Positions 1 through 18,050 of a stretch of 64,000 nt of DNA are shown here, one piece after another. The translations under genes and the position numbers were made by a program. The notes beneath the pieces were generated by a model, which saw only the letters and a list, made by a program, of their open reading frames with translations, was not told the origin of the DNA and ran no database searches. Origin of the DNA: the human T2T-CHM13v2.0 reference genome, Homo sapiens; NCBI RefSeq assembly GCF_009914755.1, contig NC_060931.1; one strand, written 5' to 3'. Within the stretch, counting starts at the first letter, position 1. Each line of letters begins with the position of its first letter.

Positions 1-1002
1 GCATAAATTCACTCAAGTCACTGTCAATTCTCCAATGCCATGTTGATTTGTTTTGTTTTCTTATTCCAAAGTTCCAACACAAGACTTTATTTTCTGACCC
101 TCCTGTATGTTCTCATACCACCATGTTTATTTAATACTTTTTCCTACTTATATTTGAATTCACTGTCCTGCAAATGAGTCTTTTATGTATTTCCCACTAG
201 TTTGGATTCTTTAAAATATTAATTGTGTTATTCTTCTTTCTCTCTTGTACTGATATATTAATGTGCCTGACATGTAGTAGTGTTCAATAAGTTCTTTGGG
301 AATTACTTAATGGACATATGCCTTATTTTGAGAGAAGGAATTTGTTTTTGAACAATCCAGCTAACACACTGTGTTGCAAACAACAATATTTACTCTAACA
401 AATTAAAGCAGAAAGTATGCACAGTAGGGCTGCTCATGGAAACCCTGGTTTGTTCAGGGATCAGGTTTAGAAGCTCTGCAGGCACATACAACATAATAAG
501 TACTAGGCGGTGGAGAACTTCACTGCTTCAGCCTTGGGCACTGGTGCCTTGGCTTACAGAGACAAACTGTGTGCTTGGTGAATGTGCAATGCAACCTCAA
601 AGACATTCTCTGCTACTGTCTCAAAATCCTTGATATATTCCCATCACTCTTACTAGAATGAAATTTGCTGGTACCTTCTTCTCTATTTCTATTCTGAATA
701 GAATTATTGACCAGGTACATTAAATTGGACAAAATTGCACCCAATCTCCACAGATATCTTCTCTCTTTTTTTCTGAGAGATGATCTGTGGCATGGTTTGG
801 ATTCATGTCCCTGACCAACTCTCATGTCTGAATTAGAGGAGGGGCCTGGTGGGAGGTAATTGGATCATGGGGGAAGATTTCCCCCTTGCTGTTCTTGTGA
901 TAGTGAGTTCTCAGGAGATCTGATGTTTGAAAAGTTTGTGGCACTTCACCCTTAGCTCGCTGTCTCTCTCCTGCTCTGCCATGATAAGATATGCTTGCTT
1001 CC

Positions 1003-1445
1003 TGTATTAGGGTTCTCTAGAGGGACAGAACTAATAGGATAGATGCATATGTAGAAGGGAGTTTATTAAGAAGTATTGACTCACACGATCACAAGGTGAG
1101 GTCCCACAACAGGCCAGACTGAGGAGCATGGAAGCCAGTCTGAGTCCCAAAGCTGAAGAACATGGAGTCTGTTGTTTGATGGCAGGAAGCATCCAGCACC
1201 GGAGAAAGATGTAGCCTGGGAGGCTAGGCCAGTCTATTCTCTTCATGTTTTTCTGTCTGCTTTATATTCTGGCTGTGCTGGCGGCTGATTAGATTATGCC
1301 CACCCACAAAAAGGGTGAGTCTGCCTTTCCCGGCCCACTGACTCAAATGTTAATCTTCTTTGGCAATACCCTCACAGACACACCCAGGAACAATACTTTG
1401 CATCCTTCAGCCCAATCAAGTTGATACTCAATAGTAACTGTCACA
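1003..1445 (-). mobile_element. MLT2A (HERV-L) solo LTR nested in the MST LTR
   Basis: TGTATTAGGGTTCTCTAGAGGGACAGAACTAATAGG...CCAATCAAGTTGATACTCAATAGTAACTGTCACA matches the reverse complement of MLT2A1/A2. Degenerate TSD CTTCC/TTTAC. MST sequence resumes in register after it. Confidence 0.9.
1286..1296 (-). promoter_or_regulatory. Perfect DUX4 consensus motif (TAATCTAATCA on the minus strand)
   Basis: Plus strand reads TGATTAGATTA inside MLT2A. Motif match only; occupancy unknown. Confidence 0.5.
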
Positions 1446-1889
1446 TTTACCTTTCACCTTCTGCCATGATTGTAAGTTTCCTGAGGCCTCCCAGCCATGC
1501 TTCCTGTACAGCCTGGAGAACTGAGTCAATTAAAAGTCTTTTCTTCATAAATTACCCAGCCTCAAATAGTTCTTCATAGCACTGTGAGAATGGACTACTA
1601 CAATCTGCTTCCAACTGCACACAGGCCATTCCTCACTTTCTGGAGCAGCCACATCTCCTTTTGCATAGATGATCTTTTTCCAACCAATGGTTATCTTGGA
1701 GAGGTTATACTTTGAGGGATGAAAGTGAGTGGCTGGTTTGGCTAAAGGGAAAGCATATTTTTGTGGTATCACTGGGTTCAAAACCCTTTAGTAAGCAAAA
1801 TCCTAATGTCTGTGAGTTGGGCTTCTAGTTAAGTGTAGTCTGTGCAACAAGTTTCTTAGTTTCTGCTTTTATCACTTACTATGTGATCC

Positions 1890-2030
1890 TAGTGAGTTCT
1901 TTAACTTCCTATTACTCATTGGTAAGTTGAGTACATAACAGTTCCTACCTCTGTGTTGAAAGAGGATTGAATAAGATAATGCATTTAACATAATACCTGA
2001 CATATAGTAAGAATTCCATAACTCTGAGCT
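1890..2030 (+). mobile_element. MIR SINE fragment
   Basis: AACAGTTCCTACCTC...GAGGATTGAATAAGATAATGCAT...CCTGACATATAGTAAG resembles the MIR core and 3' end. Confidence 0.65.
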
Positions 2031-3337
2031 AATTATAGTTTTACTACAGGAAGCATCTGGATATAAATTTTCTACCATTTCTCATTATGTGCCCCCATTA
2101 TATTTCCTTAGGACTGCATATAAGCCTTTATTCATGAATACCTTTCAATAATTTGATGAATCACTTAACATTACTAGATGCTGTGGTCTCTAAATCCTTG
2201 TATATTGTCATGAATATTTCAGTGGGAATATAAGAAAATAAAAAATAATAAATTTTCACCTGTGATCTGATTTAACTCTTTTTACAGCTCAATAACTACC
2301 CATTGATCATATTAAATCTACTCATGCCCTGAAATACTGATTTAATGTATGTATTTGTGGGGGTTATTGCTCTGAGGCAATTGGTTTTTCAATAAGAGTA
2401 ATTCCTCATCTACTGAGTATATGACCATTTTGGTCAATGTTTACTGATGCTTTGGCTGGAACTGGACTATGCATGGATTCATTCCATTGTTGGCACAGTT
2501 GAAAGGACTGGATTGACTTTTATTCATTCCAATAAGATTTTGCAGATGCCACTCAGGAATACACTCATTGGACAATTAGAATGAAAATCTTATTATTACT
2601 AACAATTTCTTAACCACTAGTTATGCATTTGCTATTGTCACAAAATATCATTGCGACTCATAACACTGTATGCAGCATTGAGCAGACAGTAACACATCTT
2701 TACTGTACTATGGATTATTAATCAAGGAGCAATTGGAGAGTTTACTTTCATGCTCGCCTGTCTGTGCTTTTCCTTCCTCTTGCCTTTCTCCAGGCCCCCC
2801 TGTGCCCCAAGAATACCTTTGAGAGTATTTACAAAGCAAGGTCGGATGGCACCCTATGATCAGGGACAGGCCTGCCTCATCACATCGTCATACCAGACAG
2901 CAGGCCCCTGTGCTGAGCAGCAGAGGCCCAGCCCCATGTTTCTCATTCAGACTCTAAAGGTTTACCCATTAAACATGTACTCAGCAAACTCTTGCTTGGA
3001 AACCCTGCTTCTGAGTTATCTACTCTTTTAGAGCCACCAGTCTTCGTCACAATTCAACATTCACTGCTCCAATGTGAACAGTTTCCTCACCACAGCCTGT
3101 GTCTATACTGTCTCCTGATATCCTGCACTAACACCTCTATATACTTAACAGATGATCTGCAGAAGAAAATATCACTTGTTATATCCTGTATCTTGCATAT
3201 AATTAATGAAAATTATTTCAAAATAGACATAAAAATAATCCTTCCCTCTAATGATCAATAAAAATAATAAGTCACTGGATTATTTTTACGTTTCATTTTC
3301 TCTATATTACGGTGTTTTGACATGTTACATACTTTCC

Positions 3338-3830
3338 TGTTAGGGAAGCAACTGCCCTTCCTGGGGTTAGCCAGTTCTTCTATATAAAGGGCCCAGACAG
3401 GAGTGCCTCTCTGGTATGCAAACTAACAGATTCAGAGCCCTACCTCTTCTATCTCCCCTGGCACCCCAGGAGGCAATATTGCTCTGTTTAATCATGTCAG
3501 GGCCAGGTACCAGGTAACTGGAGATCATTCTTTCAGCTTAGAGCCCACTGAAATTATGCAAACTAGCCAGTCCTAAACTGCTCCCCTGCTCTGCCTTGAC
3601 TTCCCTGCAGAAATTCCAATAATGGCCTGGCCTAGGCTATCCCTGTGTTTCTGCCCCTCGGCCTCCTGACCAAGGTTTGTGCTTCCCTGTGTGACCCTGT
3701 GAAACATGGGTGCCTGCTGTATTGCTGTAACTAGGATGGGGGAGCATAACAAACATAGTTTTCCTGAGCTTCTGCTATGTCTTCTCCTCTGACTGTACCT
3801 GGCTGACCTTCATATAAAAGAACATAGAGC
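3338..3830 (+). mobile_element. Old ERVL-class LTR (MER74/MER73-like; subfamily uncertain)
   Basis: TG start. ATGCAAACTAACAGATTCAGAGCC, CAGGGCCAGGTACCAGGTAACT and AACTAGCCAGTCCTAAAC are motifs typical of this group. Confidence 0.5.
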
Positions 3831-5409
3831 AGTCACCAAATTCAATCTGGGCATATCATAGACAATTTCCCTTCTACATGTCTAAGATTTATTTCCTTCT
3901 CTCTATATCCAGTCATTTCTCCTAGAATTATCTCCTCTTCAATTTTGGCTGAGAGTAGTCCACCCAGAGCTCTCTCCTTTCAAGGGCATGTTCAATGCTG
4001 GGATGAGTCATGGAGAGGAAGTGGAAGCTCAGCCTCTGTGGGCAGAACTTGGCCTTGCAGCCTCTGCAGCCACCCTATTTGTGTCAATTCACATAAGAAT
4101 GATCTCAGGTTAGGGCTGAGGGACTTCCTCTTCAATAGGCCCTCGCTGCAGCTTAGCTTTCAGGGAAAATTATAACCTGTTGGGAAAACATGAATTATTA
4201 GAGAAAAAATGAATTTCACAGGTTTTTTTGGGACTGTAAAACCTCAAGTGGGGTAAAAATAAGAATTTGACCTCCTGCTTAACTCTAGTTTTTATAAGAA
4301 AATATAGGCATAGCATTAATTATTTACTATAGCATCATATAACTTTTTCCCCTAGTCTCATCTTTGCACTTGATTGGTCCATATAAGTGTGAATGGAGAT
4401 GGCACCTCCTGGAAAATTACTCTTCTTTTTCCCAAATTGTTTTTAGCCTGAAGAAAATTCACACATAAAACAGTCAAGCTGAGAGAGCGTTTTACTTTAG
4501 GTGCAAAACTGTTAGTGAGTTCTGCTGAGGATCTTAAAATCACAGAAAACATTCCTTTTTTCATCAAAGAGAGATTCCTAAAAATATAATGCCTTAAAAA
4601 TTTTGTTTGCCTGCAAAAATAATGTTGAGAGAAAACTATATTTAATCTCAAATAAACATAGTTTACTCAGAAATCATGTTTATTATTTTATACTTTTTAT
4701 GGTATTTATTTGCTGCAATCCATATATTGTTATAATTCATTAATACTAAGTTGTAAATGAAACATATGCTTCGTATTTTATTATGTAAATATCTATAATT
4801 AGTAATTCCTCAGGTTTTATTTTATTGCACCATCATTGTGAGTTATCTACTCTTACAAACAAAAGGATGAAAGCTATGCCTACTTAACCCTAGTTATTCC
4901 AATCTTTTATCTCTAAGTAGAAATTAGAAAATACAAGTATTTGTATATATTTTTCACTTTGTCTTGCTCATGCCAATTGAGGATTACATTTTCCTTCCTT
5001 TTCCCAATTCTGCTTGGTCTGAAGCCTTTCTTTAAAATCTTACCTTTTTTCTGACACTCCAAACAAAAAATCAGAACAGGTAATACCTAGGTAAGACTTG
5101 GCTTTGGAAATCAACAGGAATAATGTGAGATTTTCTGCCATTTCACTGCCATGAGAGCAATTCAAGTTTGAGCTACCCTAGGGATGACCAAATTTGGCAG
5201 TTCGAAGGAAGGATAGGAGCATCGTCATGTCTGTAGTTCCCAGAACACGATTCATTAGCAGCCTAAACATATTCACACCTGAGATGGATGAGCCACATGC
5301 TACCTGTAGAGTGGCACTTGAGTAGAATTGGAGCTGATGAAGAAAGCTTTGGGCAGATTCAGAGAGTTGGCACCAATAAAGTTTCCATGGACTGCTATGC
5401 AGTCTTGTT

Positions 5410-5775
5410 GTTTATTGTGCTAAGAACTCAACATGAGATCTACTCTCTTAACACATCTTGAAGTGCACGCTACAGTAGTGTTAACTGTAGGTGCAATGTT
5501 GTACAGCAGATCTCTAGAAGTGATTCATCCTTCATAAAGGAAACTTTACAACCATTGTACCGCAACTCACCATTGTCCCCTCCTCTCATTCCTTGGCAGC
5601 CACCATTCCACTCTCTGCTTCTCTGAATCTATTTTAGATTCTTCATATAAGTAAGATCATGAAGTGTTTGTCTTTCAGTGTCTGGTTTATTTCAGTTAGC
5701 ATAACATCTTCCAGGTTCATCTGTATTGCTGCAAATGGCAGGATCTCTTTCTTTTTAGAAACGAAATAGTATACA
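5410..5775 (-). mobile_element. L1MA-type 3' end fragment
   Basis: AACATGAGATCTACTCTCTTAACA...GTACAGCAGATCTCTAGAA...TCCAGGTTCATCTGTATTGCTGCAAATGGCAGGAT. Confidence 0.8.
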
Positions 5776-6923
5776 CAGTTCTTTTAATATATCCTTTGAA
5801 GTATGTATACAAATGAATAGTTTATATTATCAGTACAGATCAAAATTAGAACACATGACATACATGTTTCAGCAACATCCTGTTTCTCCACACACTGAAA
5901 CATTAGATGAACCTATGAGGATATTCTAAAGTTATTTCCCACAGAGGCATCTGTCATTGCTCAGAGGTTTACGTTTCATGCAACAAATCAACAAACTAAT
6001 GAGGGAATTACGATTTTACTGCATAGTTTACCACACTTGTTTTTAAACTGCTATTTTTGAGACATGTGAAAGAGTTCATTGGCATACACAGTTTCCTAGT
6101 TATGTGCAGGACTTACAATCCCAATTCTAAATGAAAATTTGTATTGAGCATTTATATTAGGCCAAGAAGAGACCCAAACTAGTAAGACTGCATCAAAGAT
6201 ATTAAAGGAATAACTTATAAAATGTTATGACCATTACACATATCTGAAGTAATGGAGGCTTGTGTCAAATGTATTCATTCCTTCTCAGGTGCATTTGGTT
6301 AAATATCTCAGAAATTCCCTACATAAAAGCGAGTTTTAGAAGGTACATTCTTCAAAATCCATTAGACTGTGCTACAGGAAACAATAAAATAGTTTGTAAT
6401 TTCTGTTCTCAGCAATATTTAATCATGAAATTTTGGATCTAAACTTCGATTCACACTCTCTGATTTGATTACATTATATATTATCCTGGAACTCGGTCAT
6501 TGATAGACTAAAATTGATTTTCCTGCAAACATGGAAAATGCACAGTCACCTCAATGTTTATTTTGTTGCCAATTTTGTCTAGAAACAGTTCTGTTCCTCT
6601 CTTCTAAGGTGTATAATATCAGCATGTATACTTAGCAGTGAAGGATATTCACCTGTGTGAAGCCTTGGACCAGCAATAACAAATATTGACTTTATTGTTT
6701 ATCTCTCTTTAAAGATTTCAGGTATTATATGTGTACAACCACATTTGAAAGTTTGCAGTCATAATGTCTCATTGGTTTTTAAGGATAGTAATGATTAAGT
6801 TGCAGAGTCCCTAATGATCAGGGTCTATAACTAAGTTATAAAAATAACCACAAACTTCATCTTCCAACAGTACTATGAAGTACATAGCCAAAAAGTCTTT
6901 CTGCTAAAAAATATTTAGATGTG

Positions 6924-7213
<290 letters not shown>

Positions 7214-7310
7214 AAAAATATTAGATGTTATGCAAATGATGTGAAACATAGCTGAGCTTGCAAAAGTGATAAGACATATATCAAAGTAGGTAGGAGACTA
7301 CTTGCTTCTT

Positions 7311-8186
7311 TGTTTGTTTTTGTAATTTGATCGTGAGTTCCTTCTCTAGAGACTGGATCTAAACCTCAGCCCTGCCCTGATGGGGCTCAAGGAATTTGTT
7401 CGTAGATGTGTATATTGTGCCTTTCAGGGTACTTCTTTATTGCAGCGGACAGCCTAATGCTGAAGTGTGACCAGGTGTGCCCCTCACAGGAAACTCATTT
7501 ATATTGGAAGATTCCCTTGTGGCTCCTGTCTGACATGTGTTCAGTTTATTTCTATGAAGATAGCCACTCTCTGTGAGAACAGGACCAGAAAAGAAATTGG
7601 GTTTTGGTGTATTGGTAAGGTGAGATACAGGGGAAGCCACTCGACAAAACGCATGAAATAACAGAATCAGTTTAATACTCACAGATACCACAGAGCAGGG
7701 GGCAGCACACCTGGAAGCCCAGAGGAAAGCGGGAGCTGTCTGGGACACACACACTGATGTACTGAGTGGAGAGCAAGAGAGAGATGGGGGGACTTGTGAG
7801 CTGAAGCTTTTATTGGGTCCCAGGGTACCAAGCAGGTTTCCCTTGTGACGTTCTGATGGGTGGGCTTCAAGCAAGCAGGCATGAGCTCTGTGGAGTCACG
7901 CTATGACTGAGAGATCGCCACTGCACCATATCTGTGCAGTTCACACGGGGCATGGGAGTCAGTAGGACAAGTCAAATAGGTTGTAGTGAGCTGTCCCATA
8001 AAAAGCTGGTCACCAGGAGCTGGTTGTATAAGACAGTTATCTGGATTGACAGCCTTGAGGAACTGGGGAGGGCAGAGAACTGAAAATTGTGTCAAGGGTG
8101 ACTAAGCCTTGTGTATGGTATGAGAAAGCACAACTTACAGTCAAAGAATAATGCTGAGGCAACATAAAAGTACAGGAATTCACTCA
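7311..8186 (-). mobile_element. ERVL-class solo LTR (MER54-like)
   Basis: Colinear homology with 36073-36596, including the shared terminus CAACTTA..TCAAA..ATGCTGAG.CAACA...AGGAATTCACT(A)CA. Confidence 0.65.
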
Positions 8187-8359
8187 GAGATGGACACTAG
8201 TATGAAACTAGACACCTGGATATCTTGAAGACAAACGCCTTCCAAAAATAAGAATTTTAGTTATAATGAGCAAAAACACAAGGAAATGATCACCACATCC
8301 ACATACAGCTGGGACATTTTGAGGAGGCTACATCCTGCAGGCAAAAGAACAGGTGGATA

Positions 8360-8425
8360 TCAATCAATCAGTCAGCCAACCAATCAACCAACCAATCAAC
8401 CAACCAAGCAAACAAACAAACAACC
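8360..8425. repeat. Compound (TCAA)/(CCAA)/(CAAA)n microsatellite
   Basis: TCAATCAATCAGTCAGCCAACCAATCAACC...AAACAAACAAACAACC. Confidence 0.85.
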
Positions 8426-9296
8426 GCTCCCTTTTTCTGGGAGCAGAATGGAAATTGCCTGCTCATGTTTCTGGTTTAATAGCTTAGACATAGAATTTTT
8501 AACTATTGGTCTATTCTAGAATAAATCTTTAATTCAATTTTATATTAAATTTACAGTTATAAAATTTTCATGTAAAATTGTATTAAATAGTAATTTATAT
8601 AAAATACTCAATGGAAAGGTTAAATATCAGAGTATACATAATTTAAAAGAGATTTGTTGAGCTGGAGAATAGATCAAAAAAATTTCTCAGAATGCACACA
8701 AAGATATTAGGAGATGATACATTTGAGAAATAAAGGTTCTGAGATGTGGAGGCAAGGAATAGAAGAACAGTGAACATTTACACAGATCTGCAGAAAGGAA
8801 AAAAGTTATAAGAATAAAGCTTTGAAAACATAATGCTTTAGAAAGTTCTAAGATTGATAGGCTTACAGACACAGGAACCATAACATATTTCAGTAGAATA
8901 AATAGAAAATCTACGCGAAACTGAAAAACAGTAACAGAAAATGAGAAAGAGTGAGGAAGACTATTTTAAAGTAGAGAGAAAATTACAATAAATAAATATG
9001 TGAGAGTGTATGTATTGGAAGTCAGAAGATAGTAGGAAAATATCTTCACTGTGTGGTGATGGAAAATAACTTTCAATTAAGAAATGCATAAGAAAATAAT
9101 CCTTTAAAAATAAGGGTAGAAGAAAGATGATTTCAATTTAAAAATTAATTGAGAAATTTATTTTCAAAAAAAATCTTAGTAAAGAATTTCCAAAAGCATA
9201 TTATAAGAAGTAGCAAACTTCCAGACAAAAGATTGAAATGTTGGAAGCAATGAAAAATAAAATAATAAACATGTGAGTAAACATAAAGAAATATTG

Positions 9297-9930
<634 letters not shown>

Positions 9931-10299
9931 TTATAGAACAATATATTTAAATGCTAAATTTAGAAGTTAAGATAAAATATGGAGCAACCATAGACTAAAG
10001 TGTACTGCATACCTTATACAGCACTCTGCTAATTTTAACTTCTTAGTAGAGAAATTAACATTTTCAGTTTTAACCACTGAAAGTGTAGTAATGGAGTATA
10101 TAACTTCCAAAATTGGTAGGAGGTAGAAATGGAATGAGATGCAAAACATCATTAACGTAAAGGGAAGGAAACAGGTAATGAAGGAGGAAGATAAGGAAGG
10201 AAGAAAATAAAATAAAGTAAAATACCTAAATATTTCAAGAAAAGCTGGAAAGTAGGAAAATAGCTTAAAGCAAGCCATAAACAAAACAAAATAAAATGA

Positions 10300-14954
<4,655 letters not shown>

Positions 14955-15024
14955 AACAAAATAAAATGAATCAATAAAATCTGCATTAAAATATTTATGA
15001 AAAAATTCAATTTTTAGATATTTT

Positions 15025-15215
15025 TGATGATTAGAGTCATATGTTAACTTGGCTAATCTTTATGACCAAGTGATGTAATCAAACATTAAGCTAGATGTTG
15101 CTGTGAGGATACTTTGTAGGTGTGGTTAACATCCATAGTCAGTTGACATACTTAAAAATCAATGATCTTATACATCTTTTTGGTTCTGTTTCTCTGGTGA
15201 GCACTGACAGATACA
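15025..15215 (+). mobile_element. MLT2C/D-type LTR, internally deleted
   Basis: TGATGATTA..ATGTTAACTTGGCT...CTAGATGTTGCTGTGAGGATACTTTGTAG, then the LTR terminus TTGGTTCTGTTTCTCTGGTGAGCACTGACAGATACA. Confidence 0.7.
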
Positions 15216-15322
15216 ATTCTAACAGATCATAGTTTTATGACCCCCTTGTAAGAATCTATTTCATATAGAAGACACAGAAAAGTGTTACTCTAGGCAACCA
15301 CTTCTTTATTTGAAGCTTTTAG

Positions 15323-15465
15323 AATGCACTGGCTTCTAAGAGAGATGAGTGATAACATTAAATTGGGAGTATTGTCCAGCCTGTTTAGGAAAAACCGAAG
15401 AAAGCAGTGGCGGAGGACACTGAGGAGTAGTGGGTGGTCTAAACTTGGTGCGAAGAGCATGGACG
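15323..15465 (+). other. Candidate internal exon (unvalidated, probably non-coding)
   Basis: CTTTTAG acceptor at 15322 and ACG|GTAAGT donor at 15465/6. 143 bp, purine-rich, several CpGs, no recognisable repeat. Confidence 0.25.
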
Positions 15466-15871
15466 GTAAGTGGTTTGTGATAAATATTCTAGCACAATAC
15501 TGTCTACTCTAATGTAACTTTTTTCCCTCAACTCATAGTAGGTTTTTAGTTTTCAGAATTATGTCTTATGGTGGCTATTGTTACAGGAACGTTTACAGTG
15601 TTACTATTTTGGAGAGCACAACTGTCAATTTGCCATTCCCAGCTAATTACAAGATTGTGTAAAACAGAGAGTAATTATCATTTACTGAGGCCCTCCCATG
15701 TGCCTGGCATATGTTATCACATTTCCCAGTACTTTCAGAGTAACCATTGTACCCAGTGCCCCACTTACTGGTATTGCCAGTTCAAAAGCAAAATACAACT
15801 GTGACAAATGATAACATGTATAGGAAATGTGCAGACCTCAGATTAAAGATTAGAGAAATAAAGTTGAGAAT

Positions 15872-15893
15872 ACACACACACACACACACACAC
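15872..15893. repeat. (AC)11 microsatellite
   Basis: Read directly from the sequence. Confidence 0.95.
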
Positions 15894-17899
15894 TACTTCT
15901 AATCATTTAATGTATATTTCAATATTTGTAAATGGTAATTGTGTTATCAAGAGTTTGTTTTCTCTGAAAAAATTAATAATATTGTTTTATAAGTAGAATA
16001 TTTTATGTTGGAGACAATCACCTCAGTTTGTTCCTGATTTTAGCTATTTAAAGAGGTTGATTTTCTTTTTTTCTAGGAAAAGTAGTTTCCTGGCCCCTGA
16101 AAGCTGCTTAAGTGTTGAATTAGAAACCAGTCATGGCAATTAGAAATAATTTTACTATAGATTCTATGAGAATAATGAAGTTGTTTCTATTTAAGTGTAT
16201 CAAGTACAAGTGGCATATATGGTATATCCAAATGATAGTTTACATTTTCTCCTAATTTGATGCAATAGGCACACAGGAGCACTCCCTAATTCACAGATAG
16301 ATTGTATTACAGAAGATTGTTTTAGAAAACTGAATATTTGGAGTTGCTTGAAGCCATTTCCCCTAGAGATACATTTTTAAATGATGTTTGATTTCTATAT
16401 GAAGCATAAAATTTAAGAAGAAAACACTCTATCTATTGTGTTACTGAAACATAATACAAAAGAAAATGTGAAACTTTATTTAAGATCATTCCATCATAAT
16501 ATGAACAATTCGCTTACTTCGTTTTATTTGAGAATTGCGATGTATTTATGTGGACTAGTTTCTCAGGGGCCAGCCAGGTAGTCTGTGTGCACCAGTACAG
16601 TGTTCATCTTCAAGGAGGAACACTAGTCTGCAAGTGTTTGGAATAATTGACTTCATCCATCTTATCTCAATAATAGTGTATGACTCTAGATTCTCTTCTT
16701 GGCTCACTTTTTCTGGCTCAATTTTCTCAACCTGATAGTTACATTTATTTAGATTTCTTCTATATTAATTATGTCCTGCAGGAAACTGTTTACTGTTGTG
16801 TTTAAGAGGCAATGAATCCAACTGACAAGTGTCCAATAAGACACAGCTATGATTTTGCCCCTAATCCCTTTCTCAGTGAGAGAAAAGAATTGTCTTCAGA
16901 GGACACAAGTAGTAGCTCATAGCAAGGGAGGGCAGAGTCCTGAAAGGCAGAAGGAGGAGGAGTCCATTCCACCACTGCTGGGTTTCCCAGGCAGAAATAA
17001 GCTGAGGGTGCACTGAGCGGGGACAAACCTTAAATGGAGGAAGAGCCTGGAGTCACATGATTGCTCAATTAGTCTTGATCTTTCTCCAATAAAGAGTGGC
17101 TAGAAGGCTATTTACATGCCTGATTGTGACAGAAAAATGTTGTGGCTTGTCAGAAAATCCATTCACAGGCAGAGAGAAGACTATCAACAGAACAACTTTA
17201 AAGAGAACTGGTAGGGAGAGTGAAAGCATTCTCTGCAGGGGGTGTAATCCAGCTCATTTAATCAATGTAGCTTTACTCCGATTTCTTACCTTTAGAGTTT
17301 AAGGAACTAAAAAGCAAGACCCTCTGGTGATTCTTCCACTGTGCCTTCTTTCTGGCCTCTTGGATTCAGCTGGGGCATTTGTCGATTGATTTTATTTAAG
17401 GCACTGTTCTTGACTTGCTTCTTTTGCTAACATCCCTCTGTTTTCAATCTTCACCGAACATCCTTTATGTCTTACTAAGGAATTCAGCATTTCCTGCCTA
17501 AACCATTGTAAAAGTCATATTTGTGGATATTTTGTGATATGAGAATATCCATACAATTTACCTTCCCTGGTAAGGTCAAAATTCTCTTCTTAAGAGTTAA
17601 TCATAGGTGAGCAATCCCCAAAAGGTAATCACCCAAAATTTAAAAATAAAGCAAGAGAATATAAAGCCAAATAAGATATCTCTGATATTATTTTCCAACT
17701 GTGTACAGGATCTTATTGTTGGGCATTAAGGTCCTTCTAAGCTTGCCCTAACTTATCTTTCTTAGATATTTACGTGGATAATATCCTCTATGTTCTAGCC
17801 ATGCACTAGCTCTAAACTTTCCTCAAAATATTATGTTAGTTTCTCTGCTGGGAGAAAATTCAGGGAGGCTGAAGTGCAGACATTCAGTTAGTTAGACAA

Positions 17900-18050
17900 C
17901 TGTAGCTCAGTCACTGTCTGGCTGAGCTTCCCACTCTTGGCAGCTGACTTAATGTTTCTTCACTCTTTACAGATGGATAAAAATTGCAAATTGTAAGTGT
18001 TTATATATGGGTTAAATGAGATAATATAATCAGATATTTAAACATAGTGT
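17900..18050 (+). mobile_element. MIR fragment
   Basis: CTTGGCAGCTGACTTAATGTTTCT...GGGTTAAATGAGATAATAT. Confidence 0.5.

Larger units (their letters stand above)
788..1602 (+). mobile_element. MaLR solo LTR (MSTA/MSTB type), split by a nested MLT2A LTR
   Basis: Starts TGGCATGGTTTGG and ends GGACTACTACA. MST motifs GGGAGGTAATTGGATCATGGGG, GATTGTAAGTTTCCTGAGGCCTC and GTCAATTAAA. Exact 5-bp TSD ATCTG at 783-787 and 1603-1607. Confidence 0.9.

Noticed and set aside
7437-7882. 145 aa minus-strand ORF
   Set aside because: Inside an ERVL LTR, with no recognisable homology.
16280-16640. Possible old Tigger/hAT DNA transposon remnants (also about 4330-4760) and an MLT1-like piece at about 48300-48540
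   Set aside because: Too diverged to support by eye.
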